A DNA stretch of 64,000 bases from Anaerolineae bacterium. Lineage in GTDB: Bacteria; Chloroflexota; Anaerolineae; Aggregatilineales; Phototrophicaceae. This document shows, piece after piece, positions 29,686 through 40,382 of this stretch. The stretch lies in contig DAOTUA010000179.1 in assembly GCA_034437355.1 (NCBI GenBank), forward strand, positions 1,790 to 65,789, written 5' to 3'. A program made the translations under genes and the position numbers. Below the pieces are notes generated by a model. It saw only the letters and a program-made list of their open reading frames with translations, had not been told where the DNA came from and ran no database searches. Position 1 is the first letter of the stretch. Every line of letters begins with the position of its first letter.

Positions 29686-30747
29686 CTATAGCGCCGCCAA
29701 CACCGCCGATGCGAATTCGTCCGTACTCACATACGCCCCGCCCTTCGGCGCAATATCCGCCGTCCGCAGGCCATCAGCCAATACCCGATCCACCGCCGCC
29801 TCGACCGCCGCCGCTGCCTGCTCTAGCTGCAAACTGTAGCGTAACAGCATCGCCGCACTCAAGATCATCGCGGTCGGGTTCGCCTTGCCCGCCCCCGCAA
29901 TATCCGGCGCAGACCCATGAATCGGCTCGTATAACCCAAACGTCCCCGTCCCAATCGACGCCGACGGCAACATCCCCAAAGACCCCGCCAACACGCTCGC
30001 CTCATCGCTCAGGATGTCCCCAAACATATTCCCCGCCAACACCACATCAAAATCGCCGGGACGTGTGAGCATGTGCATTGTCGCCGCATCCACCAGCAAA
30101 TGCTCCAACTCCACATCGGCGTAATCCTCATGCACCTCCACCACGGACCGCCGCCATAACCGCATCGCCGCCAGCACATTCGCCTTATCCACCGACGTTA
30201 ACTTGCCACGCCGCCCCTGTGCCGCCCGGAACGCGATATTCGCCACCCGTTCGACCTCCCCCCGCGAATAATACATCGTGTCATACGCATGATCCCCGTC
30301 CCCCTGTTCCTGCCGTTCCCCAAAATAAATCCCGCCGGTCAGTTCCCGTACAAACAGCATATCCACATTCGCCAACAGGTCCGGGCGTAACGGCGCATGT
30401 TCCGCTAGCGCCGGGTACGCTTTCACCGGGCGCAAATTCGCAAACAACCCGAAGTGCTGCCGAATTTTCAGTAACCCCTGTTCTGGCCGGACCGGGGCAG
30501 TCGGGTCGCTCCATTGCGGTCCCCCCACCGCCCCCAATAACACAGCATCCGCCCCCTCACACAGCGCAATTGTCGCCGCCGGCAACGGGTCCCCCGTCCG
30601 ATCAATCGCAATCCCCCCGATTAACCCTTCCTCAAATGTGAACGTATGCCCGAACTTCGCCGCAACCGCCCGCAAGACCTCAACCGCCTTCGCCGTCACC
30701 TCCGGCCCGATGCCGTCCCCCGGCAAAACTGCTATCTTCGCATCCAT
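29686..30747 (-). CDS. leuB: 3-isopropylmalate dehydrogenase
   Basis: 353-aa [34 protein letters not shown] and GSAPDIAG are IPMDH signatures. Confidence 0.95.
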   Translation of the reverse strand: MDAKIAVLPGDGIGPEVTAKAVEVLRAVAAKFGHTFTFEEGLIGGIAIDRTGDPLPAATIALCEGADAVLLGAVGGPQWSDPTAPVRPEQGLLKIRQHFGLFANLRPVKAYPALAEHAPLRPDLLANVDMLFVRELTGGIYFGERQEQGDGDHAYDTMYYSRGEVERVANIAFRAAQGRRGKLTSVDKANVLAAMRLWRRSVVEVHEDYADVELEHLLVDAATMHMLTRPGDFDVVLAGNMFGDILSDEASVLAGSLGMLPSASIGTGTFGLYEPIHGSAPDIAGAGKANPTAMILSAAMLLRYSLQLEQAAAAVEAAVDRVLADGLRTADIAPKGGAYVSTDEFASAVLAAL

Positions 30748-30792
30748 AAAAATCTAACCCCTTCTATGACTATCAATCTATCCAAAAATCGA

Positions 30793-31275
30793 TCACTGTG
30801 AACCGTCTAATACCGCTACGCTCACCCCCACGCGCCCCGCCTGGAAACCGTTAAACGCATTGACCCGCACTCGATACGTCCCTCGCTCCAACTGCAACAC
30901 CGGGATTTCCGCATCTGTCGGGGCCAGTTCTTCATCGCTTGCCGTCTGCCGGTCATCGCCATACGCAAGCTGCACCCCTTCCGCATCCAACACATCCACC
31001 ACCACATCTAACGGATTCCCCGCCCCATCATCCGATAACGCCCTTGCCGTGATCCGCACCTGCTGCGCTTCCGATGCGCTATAGGTCAATACCACATACG
31101 CCCCGCCCGGTAATGCTACCGTTTTCGTCTCGTCCGCTGTAAGCGCCCCCGCCGCAACCGCTGTCGGGATCGCCGTGGGTGGGGTGCGCGGCTCCAATGT
31201 CGGGCGCGGCGTGATCGTCGGCGGTGTTGCGGTTGGTTGCGCCCCACATCCCGCCAGCACCCAGGCCAGCACCAT
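30793..31275 (-). CDS. small secreted lipoprotein (beta-rich, pre-peptidase-C-terminal-like?) embedded in the leu operon
   Basis: The track ORF begins at 31410, inside cimA. ATG 31275 gives MVLAWVLAGCGAQPTATPP with an LAGC lipobox, and TTG 31299 is an alternative start. The domain guess for the C-terminal ~110 aa is weak. Confidence 0.55.
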   Translation of the reverse strand: MVLAWVLAGCGAQPTATPPTITPRPTLEPRTPPTAIPTAVAAGALTADETKTVALPGGAYVVLTYSASEAQQVRITARALSDDGAGNPLDVVVDVLDAEGVQLAYGDDRQTASDEELAPTDAEIPVLQLERGTYRVRVNAFNGFQAGRVGVSVAVLDGSQ

Positions 31276-31285
31276 CACCCCGATA

Positions 31286-32890
31286 CTAATCTGCCGCAAT
31301 GGTACGCTGCCGTTCTGCTTCCTGCTCCGGGACCGCCACCCGCAGCCCATACTCAACGCTATCCACCAGCGCCAACCAACTGGCCCGGATAATGTTCGAC
31401 CCCGCCCCAACGGAACTCCAGCGCCGGTGTCCCATCTGCGTATCGATCAACACCCGCGTCGTTGCGGCTGTCCCCTGGTCACTGTTCAAAATACGCACCT
31501 TATAATCTACCAGTTGGAAATCGCGCAGGTGCGGGTACCGTGGGATCAATGCTTTGCGTAACGCCATGTCTAACGCATTGACCGGCCCGTTACCCTCTGC
31601 CGCCGTGTGCATAATGTCCCCGTCCACGTCGATCTTTACCGTCGCCTCCGCCAACGGGCCACGCCCCCGCCGATCCTCAACAATTGTCGTAAAGTCGATC
31701 AGCTTGAAAATCGGCTCATAATCCGGCTGCGCACGTAATAACCGAATCGCCACCGACGCCTCCGCCCCCTCAAACACATACCCCTCATTTTCCAACATTT
31801 TGATCTCATCCAGCACCCGCCGCGCTTCATCCTTGTTCACATCCAGGCCCAGTTCTTCCGCCTTACTCAACACATTCCCCCGCCCGGATAAATCCGACAC
31901 CAGCACGCGCATCTCATTTCCCACCAGCGACGGGTCGATATGCTGGTAACTATCCACATTCCGGCGGATGGCTGCAACGTGAATCCCGCCTTTATGCGCA
32001 AACGCACTCTTACCCACATACGCCAGATGACCATCCGGCGCAAGGTTCGCTGTCTCCGCTACCGACCGCGCCACATACGTCAGATGCTTCAGATTCTCCG
32101 GCGGCACACAGACATACCCCATCTTGAGTTGTAAATCTGGTATGATGCTGCACAAGTTTGCATTCCCGCAACGCTCCCCATACCCGTTGATTGTCCCCTG
32201 TACCTGCCGCGCCCCCGCCTGGACCGCCGTCAGCGTATTGGCGACGGCTAGCTCGCTGTCGTTGTGCGTGTGAATCCCCAACTGCACACCAGGGAACGTC
32301 TCGCGGACCGTCTCCACATAGTGCGTCACGTCCCACGGCAACGAGCCGCCGTTCGTATCACACAACACCACACAATCCGCGCCCCCGTCTATCGCCGCCT
32401 TGATCGTGTCGAAAGCGTACTCGAAATCCAACTTGGCCCCATCAAAGAAGTGTTCCGCATCGTAGATCACCTCTTTGCCCACACCCTTCAAATACGCCAC
32501 ACTCTCCCGGATCATGCGCAGGTTTTCGTCCGGCGTCGTCCGCAACACATCCGTAACGTGCAACATCGACGTTTTCCCCACCAGGGTCACCACCGGCGTT
32601 TGAGCATCCAACAGCGCCCGGATATTGGCATCCTCCGCCGGCGATGACCCCTTCCGGCACGTAGACCCAAACGCCGTGATCTTAGCGTGCTTCAGGTCCA
32701 TCTCGCGCACCGCCTCGAAGTACCCCGCATCTTTCGGGTTCGACCCAGGCCACCCGCCCTCAATGTAAGCGACCCCCAACTCATCCAACATCTGCGTGAT
32801 CTTCAGCTTGTCCGCTAATGATAACGCGATCCCCTCCCGTTGGGTGCCATCCCGTAATGTCGTGTCGTAGATGGCGACATATTCTGTCAT
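31286..32890 (-). CDS. cimA: citramalate synthase (LeuA-related, CimA type)
   Basis: 534-aa ORF. MTEYVAIYDTTLRDGTQREGIALSLADKLKI...IEGGWPGSNPKD is the typical N-terminus of the CimA/LeuA_rel clade, distinct from the leuA product encoded at 35120..36733. Confidence 0.8.
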   Translation of the reverse strand: MTEYVAIYDTTLRDGTQREGIALSLADKLKITQMLDELGVAYIEGGWPGSNPKDAGYFEAVREMDLKHAKITAFGSTCRKGSSPAEDANIRALLDAQTPVVTLVGKTSMLHVTDVLRTTPDENLRMIRESVAYLKGVGKEVIYDAEHFFDGAKLDFEYAFDTIKAAIDGGADCVVLCDTNGGSLPWDVTHYVETVRETFPGVQLGIHTHNDSELAVANTLTAVQAGARQVQGTINGYGERCGNANLCSIIPDLQLKMGYVCVPPENLKHLTYVARSVAETANLAPDGHLAYVGKSAFAHKGGIHVAAIRRNVDSYQHIDPSLVGNEMRVLVSDLSGRGNVLSKAEELGLDVNKDEARRVLDEIKMLENEGYVFEGAEASVAIRLLRAQPDYEPIFKLIDFTTIVEDRRGRGPLAEATVKIDVDGDIMHTAAEGNGPVNALDMALRKALIPRYPHLRDFQLVDYKVRILNSDQGTAATTRVLIDTQMGHRRWSSVGAGSNIIRASWLALVDSVEYGLRVAVPEQEAERQRTIAAD

Positions 32891-32896
32891 GGTTGG

Positions 32897-33514
32897 TTAA
32901 CCCCTTACCACATCGGTATTAATACGTTTTTTGTTGCTTGTTTCATAGGTCGATGTCGCATCATCCATCCCCAACAAATACCCCATCTGATCCACCCCAT
33001 TTAACAGACAATGCTTGCTAAACGCATCAATTGGGAACGTCACCCGCCGCCCATCCGGGAGCGTGAGCGTCTGCGATTCCAGGTCGATCTCTATCGCGGC
33101 TTCCGGGTCTTCCTGCGCCAAGCTCACCAACTGCCGGTGCGTTTCCTCGTCTACCACCACCGGCAGCAGACCGTTCTTTAACGAATTGTTGCGGAAGATG
33201 TCCGCAAAGTACGTGCTGATGATCGCCTTCAGCCCGGCAGCCTTCAACGCCCACGGCGCATGTTCGCGGGAACTCCCGCAGCCGAAGTTATGCCCGCCGA
33301 TCAACACCTGCGCCCCGTCATACTCCGGCTGGTTTAGCACAAAATCCGGCTTGGGCGTGCCGTCCGCCTCATAGCGCCAGTCCGCGAAGGCGTTCGCCCC
33401 AAGGCCGTTCTTATCCGTCACCTTCAAAAATCGGGCCGGGATAATCTGATCTGTATCAATATCATTGATCGGTAACGGTGCCATCGTCGCCTTGAACTTC
33501 TTAATAGGTTCCAT
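32897..33514 (-). CDS. leuD: 3-isopropylmalate dehydratase small subunit
   Basis: 205-aa ORF with aconitase swivel-domain motifs (DTDQIIPARFL, GGHNFGCGSSREHAPWAL). Confidence 0.95.
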   Translation of the reverse strand: MEPIKKFKATMAPLPINDIDTDQIIPARFLKVTDKNGLGANAFADWRYEADGTPKPDFVLNQPEYDGAQVLIGGHNFGCGSSREHAPWALKAAGLKAIISTYFADIFRNNSLKNGLLPVVVDEETHRQLVSLAQEDPEAAIEIDLESQTLTLPDGRRVTFPIDAFSKHCLLNGVDQMGYLLGMDDATSTYETSNKKRINTDVVRG

Positions 33515-33552
33515 TGCTTGTTTTCTCCCTCATCTTTCTGATATTTTTACCG

Positions 33553-34998
33553 TTACGCCAGCACCGCGTCCGCCTCACCAAGCGTTACTCGTGGGTCGGT
33601 GATCGTCCCGTTGATTGCGGTGGCCGCCGCCGTTAACGGGCTTGCCAAAAACGTTCGCCCGCCTTTCCCCTGGCGGCCCTCAAAGTTACGGTTGCTGGTG
33701 CTAACCGCATATTGCCCCGGCGCAAGTTGATCGCCGTTCATCGCAATACACATCGAACAGCCCGCCTCGCGCCACTCTGCGCCTGCCGCTCGGAACACTT
33801 CATCCAGGCCTTCGCGTTCCGCCTGCTTCTTCACCTGTTGGCTGCCAGGGACAACCATCATCCGCACGTTATCGGCTACCTTGCGCCCACGCATCATCTT
33901 GGCCGCTAAGCGCAAGTCACTGATGCGCGAATTGGTGCAACTCCCCAAAAACACTACATCAACCGGTTTGCCAAGCAGCGATTGCCCCGGCTGCAACCCC
34001 ATATACGTTAGCGCCTTATCTAACGCCTGGCGCTCGCCCACATCCTTCATCGCGTCCGGGTCGGGCACCGCATCCGTGATCCGCATCCCCATGCCGGGGT
34101 TTGTCCCGTAAGTGATCATCGGCACCAGGTCATCCGCATTGAGTTCAATCACCGCGTCGAACTGCGCGTCCGGGTCGCTCGGTAGCTTGCGCCACTCATT
34201 AACTGCCGCTTCCCAGTCTGTGCCGGTCGGTGCTGCCGGACGCCCATAGATATAATCGAAGGTCGTTTCATCCGGTGCCACCATCCCGGCCCGCGCCCCG
34301 CCTTCGATACTCATATTGCAGATCGTCATCCGGCCTTCCATGCTCAACTTACGGATCGCGCTCCCCATGTATTCCAGCACATAACCCGTACCGCCCCCAA
34401 CCCCGATCTTGGCGATGATCGCCAGGATAATATCTTTTGCCACAACCCCTTCGCCCAGGTCGCCCTCCACTTTGATCGCCATCGTCTGAGGCCGATTCTG
34501 TAATAGTGTCTGCGTGGCGAGGACGTGCGCAACCTCACTCGTCCCAATCCCGAAGCCCAACGCCCCGAACGCCCCGTGTGTACTCGTGTGGCTGTCCCCA
34601 CACACAATCGTCATCCCCGGCTGTGTTAACCCCTGCTCTGGCCCGATTACATGCACAATCCCCTGTTTCTCGCCGCCCAATTCAAATAACGGCACATCGA
34701 AATCCGCACAGTTTTTGACCAACGTCTCCAGTTGCTTCTGTGCCAGCGCATCCTGCACCGGGATGATCCCATCCGCATTACGTGGGGTAGTCGGCGTGCT
34801 GTGGTCCATCGTCGCCAACGTCTGATCCGGACGCCGCACGCTTAGCCCGCGCTCCCGCAATTGCGCGAACGCCTGCGGCGATGTCACCTCATGGACCAGG
34901 TGCAGGTCAATATACAACACCGCCGGGGCATCCTCCGTTTGTGGGCGCACCAGGTGCTTATTCCATACTTTCTCGAACAGCGTCTTGGGTTGTCTCAT
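33553..34998 (-). CDS. leuC: 3-isopropylmalate dehydratase large subunit
   Basis: 481-aa ORF with aconitase-family motifs ([42 protein letters not shown]). Confidence 0.95.
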   Translation of the reverse strand: MRQPKTLFEKVWNKHLVRPQTEDAPAVLYIDLHLVHEVTSPQAFAQLRERGLSVRRPDQTLATMDHSTPTTPRNADGIIPVQDALAQKQLETLVKNCADFDVPLFELGGEKQGIVHVIGPEQGLTQPGMTIVCGDSHTSTHGAFGALGFGIGTSEVAHVLATQTLLQNRPQTMAIKVEGDLGEGVVAKDIILAIIAKIGVGGGTGYVLEYMGSAIRKLSMEGRMTICNMSIEGGARAGMVAPDETTFDYIYGRPAAPTGTDWEAAVNEWRKLPSDPDAQFDAVIELNADDLVPMITYGTNPGMGMRITDAVPDPDAMKDVGERQALDKALTYMGLQPGQSLLGKPVDVVFLGSCTNSRISDLRLAAKMMRGRKVADNVRMMVVPGSQQVKKQAEREGLDEVFRAAGAEWREAGCSMCIAMNGDQLAPGQYAVSTSNRNFEGRQGKGGRTFLASPLTAAATAINGTITDPRVTLGEADAVLA

Positions 34999-35092
34999 TT
35001 CTCGTTATCCCTTAATTACTTTCGTGTTACGTGTATCGTGTTTGTCGTCGGAGGCATCCATTGATACCCACCATCCATAAATAGGTGCAAGC

Positions 35093-35112
35093 GAGGGCCT
35101 CTGTGCCCTCCC
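35093..35112. repeat. GC-rich hairpin GAGGGC-N6-GCCCTCCC in the leuA-leuC spacer (REP-like family)
   Basis: GAGGGCCTCTGTGCCCTCCC, read directly. The same core occurs at 36917, 44841, 49444 (reverse orientation) and 62702. Confidence 0.6.
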
Positions 35113-35119
35113 GTATCAA

Positions 35120-36733
35120 TCACACCTCTTTACGGGCCACACCGACCGTCGCCGCTTCCCCCTCTGGCCGATGATACCCATGCCCGGTAAACGCCAGCAT
35201 CCGGTTGAGCGCGGCTAAGTACGCCTGCACACTCGCCACGATCACATCCGGGTTGGCACCATACCCCCCGAACGTCTGCTTTCCATCCAGTGTAGAAATG
35301 CGCACCGTTACCTCTCCGTGCGCCTCGATTCCCTCCGTCACACTGTGAACATGATACTCTACCAGCGTGTTCTCCGCACCGATCACCGCATCCAACGCCC
35401 GGTAAGCCGCATCCACCGGACCCACCCCCACCGCCGCCTGGATGATTTCCTCCCCTTCCATCGTATTCAGACGGGCCGTTGCCGTCGGCATCCCCATCGT
35501 ACCGCACGTCACCTGAATATCCAGCAGCGAATAAAACTCCTGTAATTCGCCTACCTCATTCGCCATCAACGCCTGCAAATCCGCATCCGTGACGGTCTTT
35601 TTCTCGTCCGCCAGGTCCTTAAACCGCCGGAACACATCCTTCAGCGTCTCATCATCCAGATCGTAGCCCAGTTCACCTAACCGCACCCGCAACGCATGAC
35701 GCCCGCTATGCTTGCCCAGCACCAACCGCGACTGCGTTAATCCGACCGTCTCCGGCGTCATGATCTCGTAGGTACTCGCGTGCTTTAACATCCCGTCCTG
35801 ATGAATCCCGGCCTCGTGCGCAAACGCATTGGCCCCCACAATCGCCTTATTCGGCTGGACATACATCCCGGTATAATTGCTAACCATCCGGCTGGTTTTT
35901 GTGATCTCCGATGTGATCGTATTCGTCCGTAAATTGTAAAAATCCGGGCGTGTATGGATCGCCATTACCACTTCCTCCAGGCTGGTATTCCCGGCACGCT
36001 CCCCGATGCCGTTTACCGTCACCTCCACCTGCCGCGCCCCATTCTCCACCCCCGCCAGCGTGTTCGCCGTTGCTAACCCCAGGTCGTTATGACAATGCAC
36101 CGACCAGATCACCCCGCTACCCGGGCCAGCCCCCGGCGTTTCCGCAATTAGCCCGGTAATCGTTTTGCCCCACTCATCCGGCGTGACATACCCCACCGTA
36201 TCCGGGATATTCAGCGTCGTTGCGCCACACTCGACCGCCACCGTCAACACCTCGATCAGATACGCCATATCCGTTCGGCCCGCGTCCATCGGGCTAAATT
36301 CCACATCATCGCACAGGCTTTTGGCCAACGTGACCGCCATCCGTATCTTCTCTACTCCCTGCTCACGAGTCAGCCCGGTCTGATACTTCAAATGAATATC
36401 CGACGTGCCCAGGAATGTATGAATACGCGGTTTTGCCGCCGCTTTCACCCCCTCCCAACACTTCAGGATGTCTCCTTCTACCGCCCGCGCCAACCCGCAG
36501 ATCGTTGGCCCTGTCTCCGTGCCGACCTCCCGCGCAATTCGCTGTACCGCCGCCATATCATCCGGCGACGCCGCCGGGAACCCGGCCTCGATCACATCCA
36601 CACCCAACCGATCCAACTGCCGCGCAATCTCTAGCTTCTCCGCACTAGAAAGCGTCGCGCCAGGGCTTTGCTCGCCGTCGCGCAACGTCGTATCAAAGAT
36701 GATCACCGTTTCGCTATCATATGTCCTTACCAT
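35120..36733 (-). CDS. leuA: 2-isopropylmalate synthase
   Basis: 537-aa [19 protein letters not shown] and [16 protein letters not shown] are present, with a C-terminal LeuA dimerisation/regulatory domain. Confidence 0.95.
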   Translation of the reverse strand: MVRTYDSETVIIFDTTLRDGEQSPGATLSSAEKLEIARQLDRLGVDVIEAGFPAASPDDMAAVQRIAREVGTETGPTICGLARAVEGDILKCWEGVKAAAKPRIHTFLGTSDIHLKYQTGLTREQGVEKIRMAVTLAKSLCDDVEFSPMDAGRTDMAYLIEVLTVAVECGATTLNIPDTVGYVTPDEWGKTITGLIAETPGAGPGSGVIWSVHCHNDLGLATANTLAGVENGARQVEVTVNGIGERAGNTSLEEVVMAIHTRPDFYNLRTNTITSEITKTSRMVSNYTGMYVQPNKAIVGANAFAHEAGIHQDGMLKHASTYEIMTPETVGLTQSRLVLGKHSGRHALRVRLGELGYDLDDETLKDVFRRFKDLADEKKTVTDADLQALMANEVGELQEFYSLLDIQVTCGTMGMPTATARLNTMEGEEIIQAAVGVGPVDAAYRALDAVIGAENTLVEYHVHSVTEGIEAHGEVTVRISTLDGKQTFGGYGANPDVIVASVQAYLAALNRMLAFTGHGYHRPEGEAATVGVARKEV

Positions 36734-36766
36734 TGGGGGAGTTCCTTTCCAGTTCTCAGACTCATC

Positions 36767-36823
36767 AAAAAAGGTGTTTCGTTAGTATCCGGCACAAGGT
36801 CACTTTCCGACACAGAAACCACC
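36767..36823 (-). terminator. intrinsic-terminator-like hairpin plus U6, 33 nt upstream of the leuA start codon (candidate attenuator)
   Basis: The minus-strand RNA is GGUGGUUUCUGUGUCGG-AAAGUGACCUUGUG-CCGGAUACUAACGAAACACC followed by UUUUUU. The outer arms GGUG(G)UUUC / GAAACACC pair with one bulge. Confidence 0.5.
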
Positions 36824-36916
36824 CCCTTTCGATACGTCAGCCGGGTTATCATCCATTTGGCTTAGCCTCATCAAACTATGACTCGCGCACCTTCTCACAC
36901 CGTTATGCTGTGATCG

Positions 36917-36938
36917 GGGAGGGCTACCGCGCCCTCCC
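36917..36938. repeat. GC-rich hairpin GGGAGGGC-N6-GCCCTCCC just downstream of the ilvC stop (REP-like family)
   Basis: GGGAGGGCTACCGCGCCCTCCC, read directly. No U-tract follows on the minus strand. Confidence 0.6.
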
Positions 36939-36947
36939 GTCTTTGAC

Positions 36948-37958
36948 CTAATCTTGCTGCTTGATTTTCTTCGCATCCAAGAACGGCATCATATCGCGCA
37001 ACTGTTCCCCGACTTCCTCGATCATCAGATCATGCTCTTTGTTGCGCCGCGCATTGAAGTTCGGGCGGCCCTGCTCATTTTCCTCGATCCACCGGTTCGC
37101 AAAATCCCCGTTCTGGATGCGATGCAACACCCCGTCGAACTCCTCTTTGATCATCCCCTCGATCTTGTCGCCCACCTCATAGCCGCCCTGTTCGGCTGTA
37201 TTGCTCACGCTATACCACATATAGCTCAGGCCGCCCTCATACATCAGATCGACGATCAGCTTTAACTCGTGCATACACTCAAAATAGGCCACCTCCGGCT
37301 GATACCCAGCCTTCACCAACGTCTCGAACCCCGCCCGGACCAAGGCCGTCACCCCACCACACAGGATGCTCTGCTCTCCGAACAAGTCCGTCTCCGTCTC
37401 TTCCTTGAATGTCGTTTCGATCACACCTGCCCGCGTGCAACCAATCGCGTTTGCATAAGCCAGCGCCTTCGGCATCGCCTGCCCAGACGCATCCTGATAA
37501 ACCGCCACCAGCCCCGGCACCCCGGCCCCCTCCGTGAACACCTCGCGTACCCGGTGGCCGGGAGCCTTCGGCGCAACCATCGTCACGTCCACCGTCTCCG
37601 GCGGGACGATCGTCTCAAAGTGGATGTTAAACCCATGCGCAAACATCAACATCGCGCCCGCCTTCAAATTCGGCGCGATCTCCGCCTCGTATACGCTCGG
37701 CTGCACCGTGTCCGGTAGCAGGATCATCACCACATCCCCCACCGAAACCGCCTCCGGCACCGTCATCACCGTCAGCCCTTCCGCCTCGGCCTTCGGACGG
37801 CTGCTGCTACCCTCACGTAGCCCCACAACCACCTGCATCCCGTTATCCTTCGCGTTCAGCGCGTGGGCGTGGCCCTGGCTCCCAAACCCGATAACGGCAA
37901 TGGTCTTGCCCTCTAATAAGCTGCGATCTGCGTCTTTGTCGTAGTAAAGCGTTGCCAT
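36948..37958 (-). CDS. ilvC: ketol-acid reductoisomerase
   Basis: 336-aa [38 protein letters not shown] is the classic class I KARI N-terminus. Confidence 0.95.
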   Translation of the reverse strand: MATLYYDKDADRSLLEGKTIAVIGFGSQGHAHALNAKDNGMQVVVGLREGSSSRPKAEAEGLTVMTVPEAVSVGDVVMILLPDTVQPSVYEAEIAPNLKAGAMLMFAHGFNIHFETIVPPETVDVTMVAPKAPGHRVREVFTEGAGVPGLVAVYQDASGQAMPKALAYANAIGCTRAGVIETTFKEETETDLFGEQSILCGGVTALVRAGFETLVKAGYQPEVAYFECMHELKLIVDLMYEGGLSYMWYSVSNTAEQGGYEVGDKIEGMIKEEFDGVLHRIQNGDFANRWIEENEQGRPNFNARRNKEHDLMIEEVGEQLRDMMPFLDAKKIKQQD

Positions 37959-37999
37959 GTCGTCATACCCTTCTTGAAAATCCTTGTCAATAAAGTCTA

Positions 38000-38022
38000 G
38001 TGGGCAGGCACATGCCTACCCC
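38000..38022. repeat. GTAGG-type hairpin element in the ilvN-ilvC spacer
   Basis: The minus strand reads GGGGTAGGCATGTGCCTGCCCAC, with the same GTAGG lead and GC-rich stem style as the other elements. Confidence 0.4.
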
Positions 38023-38044
38023 ATATCCTGCCAGTTTACACGCC

Positions 38045-38638
38045 CTAAACGTGGTTGTGTACGCCGTCCCCGTTCATCATCTGTTTCTTACGGACCTCCG
38101 GCGGCTCATAAGCGGTGTCAATGATGCGCGTCCCGCGTGCCATCGCCACAATCCCCGTCCGTACCATCTCGATGATCCCAATTGGGCGCAACTCATCAAT
38201 ACATGCCGCGACCCGTTCCTCCGTCGCCGTAATCTCGATAATCGCAACGTCCGTCCCGATGTCCACAATCCGCGCCGGGTAACGCTCGCAGATTTCCGCC
38301 ACCGAATTATACGAATCTGTGTCGTTCGTCCGCACCTTGATCAGCGCCAGGTCCCGCGACACATACGGCTGATCTCGCAGAATCCGCACATCAATCACGT
38401 TCACCATCTTCTTTAGGTTCTCCGAGATCAACCGCGCATTCGACCGCTGCGTATCGACAACAATCGTCATCCGCGAAACGTGCGGGCGATGCGTGCGGCC
38501 CACCGTCAAGCTGTCCACATTAAAACTGCGCCGCCGGAACATGCTCGCCACCCGGTTAAGCACACCCGGCTTATTCTCCACCAGGGCTACCACCGTGATC
38601 TTATGACCTTGCTTCATTTCCTCTGTCATGAGTGTCAC
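38045..38638 (-). CDS. ilvN: acetolactate synthase small (regulatory) subunit
   Basis: 197-aa ORF. HKITVVALVENKPGVLNRVASMFRRRSFNVDSLTVG is the ACT-domain signature of IlvN/IlvH. The GTG start directly follows the ilvB stop, and internal ATGs at 38629 or 38617 are alternatives. Confidence 0.9.
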   Translation of the reverse strand: MTLMTEEMKQGHKITVVALVENKPGVLNRVASMFRRRSFNVDSLTVGRTHRPHVSRMTIVVDTQRSNARLISENLKKMVNVIDVRILRDQPYVSRDLALIKVRTNDTDSYNSVAEICERYPARIVDIGTDVAIIEITATEERVAACIDELRPIGIIEMVRTGIVAMARGTRIIDTAYEPPEVRKKQMMNGDGVHNHV

Positions 38639-40345
38639 CTATGCCTTTTCGTTTGGTTTCGGACGACGGATCATATCGTGTAAATCGGCCCCGGCTGGCA
38701 CCATCGGATACACCATATCATCCTTCTCGATCATATACTCGATCAACACCGGGCCATCCACACTACGCGCAAACTCAACCGACTGCTCGATCTCCGCCCG
38801 CGACGTGACCCGCATACTTGGGATACCGTAAGCCTCCGCCAACTTGCAAAAATCCGGGTTCCACATCGGCGTAGACTGATACCGTTCATCGTAGAAAATC
38901 TCCTGCCACTGCCGCACCATCCCCAAAAACCCATTGTTGAGAATGGCAATATTTACGTTGATGTTCTCCTGGGCTGCCGTTGCCATCTCGCACAACGTCA
39001 TCTGAAAGCCACCATCCCCCACTATCGCCCAAACTTCCTCCTCCGGCTTTGCGAACTTCGCCCCAATCGCCGCCGGGAAGCCAAAACCCATCGTCCCCAG
39101 GCCGCCACTCGTTAACATCGTATTCGGGCGGCGGTGCGGGTAATACTGCGCCTCCAACATCTGATGCTGCCCCACATCCGTAACCGTGACCGCTTCGCCG
39201 TCGGTATACTTCCACAAATCGTTAATCACCTGCGGCCCGATCAACTTATCCCCCACATCATGCTTCAAAATGTCACGCTCGTCGGCGTCCTCGTGCCAAT
39301 CGCGGATGCGGTTCAACCACGGGCTGCGGTCACCCGTTGCCAGCCGGGGGAGCCACTGCGACAACACCGTCCGCACATCCCCCGCGATCCCCACATCCAC
39401 CGTCACATTCTTATGCAACTCCGACGGGTCAATATCCACATGAATCTTCTTCGCGTGCGGGGCATACGTTTTTAAGTTGCCCGTCACCCGGTCATCAAAC
39501 CGCATCCCCAGCGCGATCAACAGGTCCGCCTCTTGGATCGCATGGTTGACCGCCGCGTCCCCGTGCATCCCCATCCAACCGACCGCCATCGGATGCTCCG
39601 GCGGGATGGCCCCCTTACCCAGCAACGTCAACGCAATCGGGATATTCGCCCGTTCCGCAAACTCGCGTAACTCCGCTGTCGCCCCAGACATCAAAATACC
39701 GTGCCCCCCAAGGATGATCGGGCGCTGCGCCGCATGAATCAACGCCAGCGCCGCGTCTACCTCATCGTCGGATGCCAAACTCGGCGGCTGATACCCCGGC
39801 AAAATAATCTCATCCTCCGGGTAATCAAACTCCGCCAGCTGCTTCTGAACATCCTTCGGCACATCAACCAGCACCGGCCCTGGGCGGCCCGTCCGCGCAA
39901 TATGGAACGCCTCGCGCATCACATACGCCAGTTCTTCAACATCCGTCACCAGGTAATTGTGCTTCGTCACCGGCAGCGTCACCCCGGTTACGTCCGTCTC
40001 CTGGAACGCATCGCTGCCAATCGCCCCGGTTGCTACCTGCCCGGTAATGGCTACCACCGGCACCGAATCCATCATCGCCGTCGCCAACCCGGTCACCAGG
40101 TTTGTTGCCCCCGGCCCACTCGTCGCTATACATACCCCCACCTTACCCGAAGCCCGCGCATAACCATCTGCCATATGGCTCGCGCCCTGCTCATGACGTA
40201 CCAACACATGATGAATCTCGTTGCGGAACTTGTGCAGCGCATCATACGTCGGCAAGATCGCCCCGCCGGGGTAGCCGAAAACCACCTCGACCCCCTCCTT
40301 TATCAACGACTTGATGATAATATCCGAACCTGTCATCTGCGACAT
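38639..40345 (-). CDS. ilvB: acetolactate synthase large subunit
   Basis: ThDP-enzyme motifs are present (GYPGGAILP, GPGATNLVTG, GLGTMGFGFPAAIGA). I prefer ATG 40345 (GGAGAGGAG 9 nt upstream, giving MSQMTGSDIIIKSL) to the track start at 40396, which overlaps ilvE and has no SD. Confidence 0.9.
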   Translation of the reverse strand: MSQMTGSDIIIKSLIKEGVEVVFGYPGGAILPTYDALHKFRNEIHHVLVRHEQGASHMADGYARASGKVGVCIATSGPGATNLVTGLATAMMDSVPVVAITGQVATGAIGSDAFQETDVTGVTLPVTKHNYLVTDVEELAYVMREAFHIARTGRPGPVLVDVPKDVQKQLAEFDYPEDEIILPGYQPPSLASDDEVDAALALIHAAQRPIILGGHGILMSGATAELREFAERANIPIALTLLGKGAIPPEHPMAVGWMGMHGDAAVNHAIQEADLLIALGMRFDDRVTGNLKTYAPHAKKIHVDIDPSELHKNVTVDVGIAGDVRTVLSQWLPRLATGDRSPWLNRIRDWHEDADERDILKHDVGDKLIGPQVINDLWKYTDGEAVTVTDVGQHQMLEAQYYPHRRPNTMLTSGGLGTMGFGFPAAIGAKFAKPEEEVWAIVGDGGFQMTLCEMATAAQENINVNIAILNNGFLGMVRQWQEIFYDERYQSTPMWNPDFCKLAEAYGIPSMRVTSRAEIEQSVEFARSVDGPVLIEYMIEKDDMVYPMVPAGADLHDMIRRPKPNEKA

Positions 40346-40382
40346 CTCACGTTTCTCCTCTCCAACTCCTAATGATGGCCTA

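Noticed and set aside
36815-36835. A possible Leu T-box upstream of leuA, suggested by AAAGGGGGUGGU.
   Set aside because: The remainder of the T-box consensus (ACCGCG) is missing. The motif lies inside the 5' arm of the terminator rather than in a separate antiterminator bulge. I could not find a Stem I, specifier loop or conserved AG/GNUGGNA features. It is kept only as an unexplained attenuator-like hairpin.
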